A stretch of 64,000 bases of DNA, from the NCBI GenBank assembly GCA_004431415.1, contig QPMI01000399.1:150306-214305 (forward strand). Reading direction: 5' to 3'. The notes under the pieces were generated by a model. The model was given only the letters and a program-made list of their open reading frames with translations, did not search any database and had not been told where the DNA came from. Below, in pieces: positions 60,791 through 64,000 of the stretch (position 1 is the first letter of the stretch; the number at the start of each line of letters is the position of its first letter). The DNA comes from Cyanophora paradoxa CCMP329 (taxonomy: Eukaryota; Plantae; Glaucophyta). A program made the position numbers and the translations under genes.

Positions 60791-62264
60791 CGGCGACGGC
60801 GTCCTCGTCTCGCGGCCGGACGATGTCTGCAGCTAGAGTCACCAGCTGCAGTCTGCACCTGGCTTGAATACGACAGATTTACTAGTTATTCTGCTATCGT
60901 GCGCGCACCGTGGCACCGTGGCACCGTGGCACTCAGTGACTACCGAGAGTGGCGGGCGGGCTGGCGGGGCGGGCTGACAGGGCGGGGCGCCTGGCGGACA
61001 GTCGGGGGCCTCCGGGACACTCTGGCAGTCCGGGGCCTCGGGAGCCTATTTTCGCGCCATACAAGGCCTCCCCCGACCCTGCAGCTGCATAGGAGGCCTT
61101 ATATAGTGCTTTAAAAAGGTTCTCTAAGCTTTTTTCGATGTCTCCCAGCTCCTGGGGCGATGGGCCCATTTGGAAGGGCCAAAAGTCAGCAGAAGACTAG
61201 CTGTAACGTAGTGTATAGGCGTATGATGAGTCATATGGTATGACGGGTTAAATGGGCCCATCGCGGGGGCTTTGTGCAGGGCACTAAATAACGCCGTGTG
61301 ACGCCTCTACATCTTGAATAAAAAGTTCTAATCAAGATACGAGGCTGCCGTGCTTCAATCGCAAGCCTCGGAGTGCAGATTCCCTGGCAGATCAAAAATT
61401 GCGAACGCGATACCGGGGTCGCCGCGCGCTCGCAGCCTTGCGAAACCTTGAGAGCGGATAAGATTGCCGCCGACAGCGAGCCCAGCTCCCCGCTCGCAGT
61501 GCAGCCGCGCGCTTAAGGCGCCGGCCAGCCACTTGGCCCGGCTGCAGCTGCTCCGGCACGGGCGGCCTCAGCCAGCCGGCACCATGCTATCGCAGCTTCA
61601 GCCATGAGCCTCGGAGAGGGCGGAAGTCTCCGAGGCTCGGTCCGCGATCCAGGGCAGGCGTGCGTATGTTCCAAGTTCGCGGCGAGGGCGTGCGCCTCGC
61701 CGAATCGTTGTCGCGGCGTGCGCCTCGCCAGGTGTACTACAGTGCCACAGTGCCACGTTGTCGAAAGCGCGAGCCGCTCAGTCAGCCGAGTTTCCTCCGC
61801 TGGCCAACCGGGTACGCATACGCCCGGCCCGGCCCGGCATGCCACGAGAGCGCCCGCGGCGCTTCACGCGGTCTTCCTTCATCTCCGTGACCCGCTTCTG
61901 CGAGACGAGGTCGGTGGGGCAGCGGCTGCTTGCCGCAGTGCATGGATTGCCAGCCCCAGGTGCGAGGCCTTGACTCATCCCGAGCTTCCCGAGCAGATTA
62001 CCAGCGCGCCGGCGTAGCTCAGCGCCGATTGGGTCTGGCACGGTCCGCCTTTGCGGCCGACCCCGGTTCCGTGCCCAAGCCGTTCCGACCTTCCGAGCAG
62101 ATTACCAGGCGCGCCGGGCGCACCTAGCTCAGCGTCGCGAGCTTATAGGCTAGGCTTGCTCGGAGGCTCCGGATGCACGCACAGTTAGCCAACCCAGCCG
62201 CGCCCCGCGTCCCCGCCCGGCTGTCGTGTGGGCGACGCATGCGCAAAAGGAACACAAATTTTTC

Positions 62265-63911
62265 TCATCCGATGAGAGCTCTAGCTATGCAGGACGAAGC
62301 GAGCGGGCCGGGGCTAGCGCCCGATGGCGGGCGCCTCGAAAGGCGACGTCTCCGGCGGCACAGCAGCGTGTAGCTGCTGGACCGCGGCGACCCACCCTGC
62401 GACCCTAGGCCCCGGGGTTCCCGCATGAGCACGTCCTCATGTAGAGATACTCGATAACGGCCTCCAGCTCCTCCACCTCCTTTATGTACATGCGCTCCTC
62501 CTTCCGCCACACCTTCGCCTCACGCTCCAACTCCAAGTCCCAATTCCTCTTCATCCTTGAGACCTGCGCCGCGCCGCGTTACGCGCCAGCGGGCGCACGC
62601 ACGCGTGTGGGCAATCGCGGACCTTGTTTTCCAAGTCATCCACCTTCGTCTGCAGCGCAGCGTTCTGGTTCTGCAGCTCCTCGCACTCCTCTTCGAGGTT
62701 TTTGACCCGAGTCGCTCTCTGCGGGCGCCGGAGGGACCGCCGTCAGCAGCGCATTGCGGGCGCGCGGCGCGGGCGGCGCGGCGGCCGGCGGGCTCACCAG
62801 ACTGGCGTTGAGCTGCATCATCTCCTTCTCCAGCTGAGCGATCTTCTCCTCCGTGAGCGATCTGCCGCTGCTTCTCCTGTTGGCCCACCGCAGATCAGGG
62901 AGCTCCCGCTCCAGGAGCTGCACTTCTGTTGGAGCTCCTCACGCTGCGCCGGTGCACGGAGGAACACGTCGACTTTCGCCTTCAGTTGATTGGCGAGCTC
63001 CGCGCCAGTTAGACCCTTGTCTAGGACATCCTGCGGCCGAATCAGCGAGGCAAGCTGCGGGCGAAGCGCACGGCGCGTGAAACGGCGCGCGCACACGCTG
63101 CTGAAGGTACTCGATCGCTTCAAGGAGCTTTGGACGCCATGCGAACCGCATCGGAAACCCGCTTGCAGCGGTGAGCCTCCGATAGAGTGCGGCGTCTCCT
63201 CCTCGATGCGAAAGCGGTGCCGCCCGGGCTTGTCCCAGGGGGTGAATCGATCTTCCTCCTCGCCCGTCATCTCGACATCGCACTTGCGCCGCTTGCACTG
63301 CTGCTTGGTGGACGTGGCGGGCTTCTTCGGGGCTGGCTTCTTCGCGCTGAGCTGGCAGGCGACGGCGCGACAGAGGGATCGTCCATATACCGCTCCATGG
63401 CAACGAAGGGATCCTCATATTGCTCGCTCGGTGCCGCCGCGGGCGAAGGCTGGGAGGTCGCCGCCGCTGCCCGCTTTGCGACTCACGCGCTTAGGCATGT
63501 CCACGGGGTCGCTGGCGAGGCCGCTGCGCCGGCGGCTGCGTGCGTGGAGGCGTGGCCGGCTGATCATGCGAAGGCTGCGATTGCGAGGGCGCAGCTACTA
63601 CCCGCTTGCGACGCGGGCGATCAGGCGTGTACACGGGGGTCGCTGATGAGGCAGCTGCGACAGGCGGCGTACACGGCTGTACAGGCGTACCCCCCCAAAG
63701 GCGTCCCTGGCGTCTCACAGCAGCCGCTGCCGGGGCTCTGCTCGAGCTCTGAGCGTACTGGCGAGACTTGTGGGGAGTCGCTCCCGCCCGCCGGCTCCGC
63801 CGCGGGAGGCGCCAGCGCGACCGCGGCCGTCGCATGCGCAGCTGGCGCTGCATGCGCAGGCTGAACGACTTGCTCGCTCAAAGCTGCGTCGCCAAAGTCG
63901 TCTGGATTCAC
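62265..63911 (-). CDS. Hypothetical spliced coiled-coil protein (5' end probably outside the window)
   Basis: Protein-like segments KKPAPKKPATSTKQQCKRRK, ELANQLKAKVDVFL, EEKIAQLEKEMMQLN. Confidence 0.35.
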
Positions 63912-64000
63912 GTCCTCGCCGAGGTCGTCCTGGCTGCCGCAGGTGCTGCCGCCAATCTGGCCGTGCCGCGGCCTGCCATCGCTGGCGCCGCCCAGCCACG

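Overview
GC-rich, intron-dense eukaryotic DNA from a flagellated, probably algal protist. Introns are short (about 50-70 nt) and many are GC-AG. Bases 1-38.9 kb hold mostly host genes: an RWP-RK domain, a GT10 fucosyltransferase, IFT80, a divergent LCIB-like gene, LSm7, HCCS, DAW1/ODA16, an ankyrin/coiled-coil gene, PRP16, OST4, mitochondrial uS5 and MO25. Bases 39.2-53.5 kb are a nested retroelement pile that can be resolved by target-site duplications (TSDs). It contains an L1/Tx1-like LINE 3' part with a (CTT)n tail, several RT-less single-ORF retroposons that share the LINE's terminal motif and encode a ~570-aa protein family I do not recognise, and a recent Ty3/Gypsy element with identical LTRs and a -1 frameshift signal. 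Bases 53.7-58.9 kb carry the most striking locus: an intron-containing RAG1/Transib-like DDE transposase with all RAG1 catalytic and zinc-binding motifs in order. It lies tail-to-tail (stops about 40 bp apart) with a BAH-domain gene, in the position RAG2L occupies in ProtoRAG. All calls come from manual motif recognition with no database searches, so exon boundaries are approximate.
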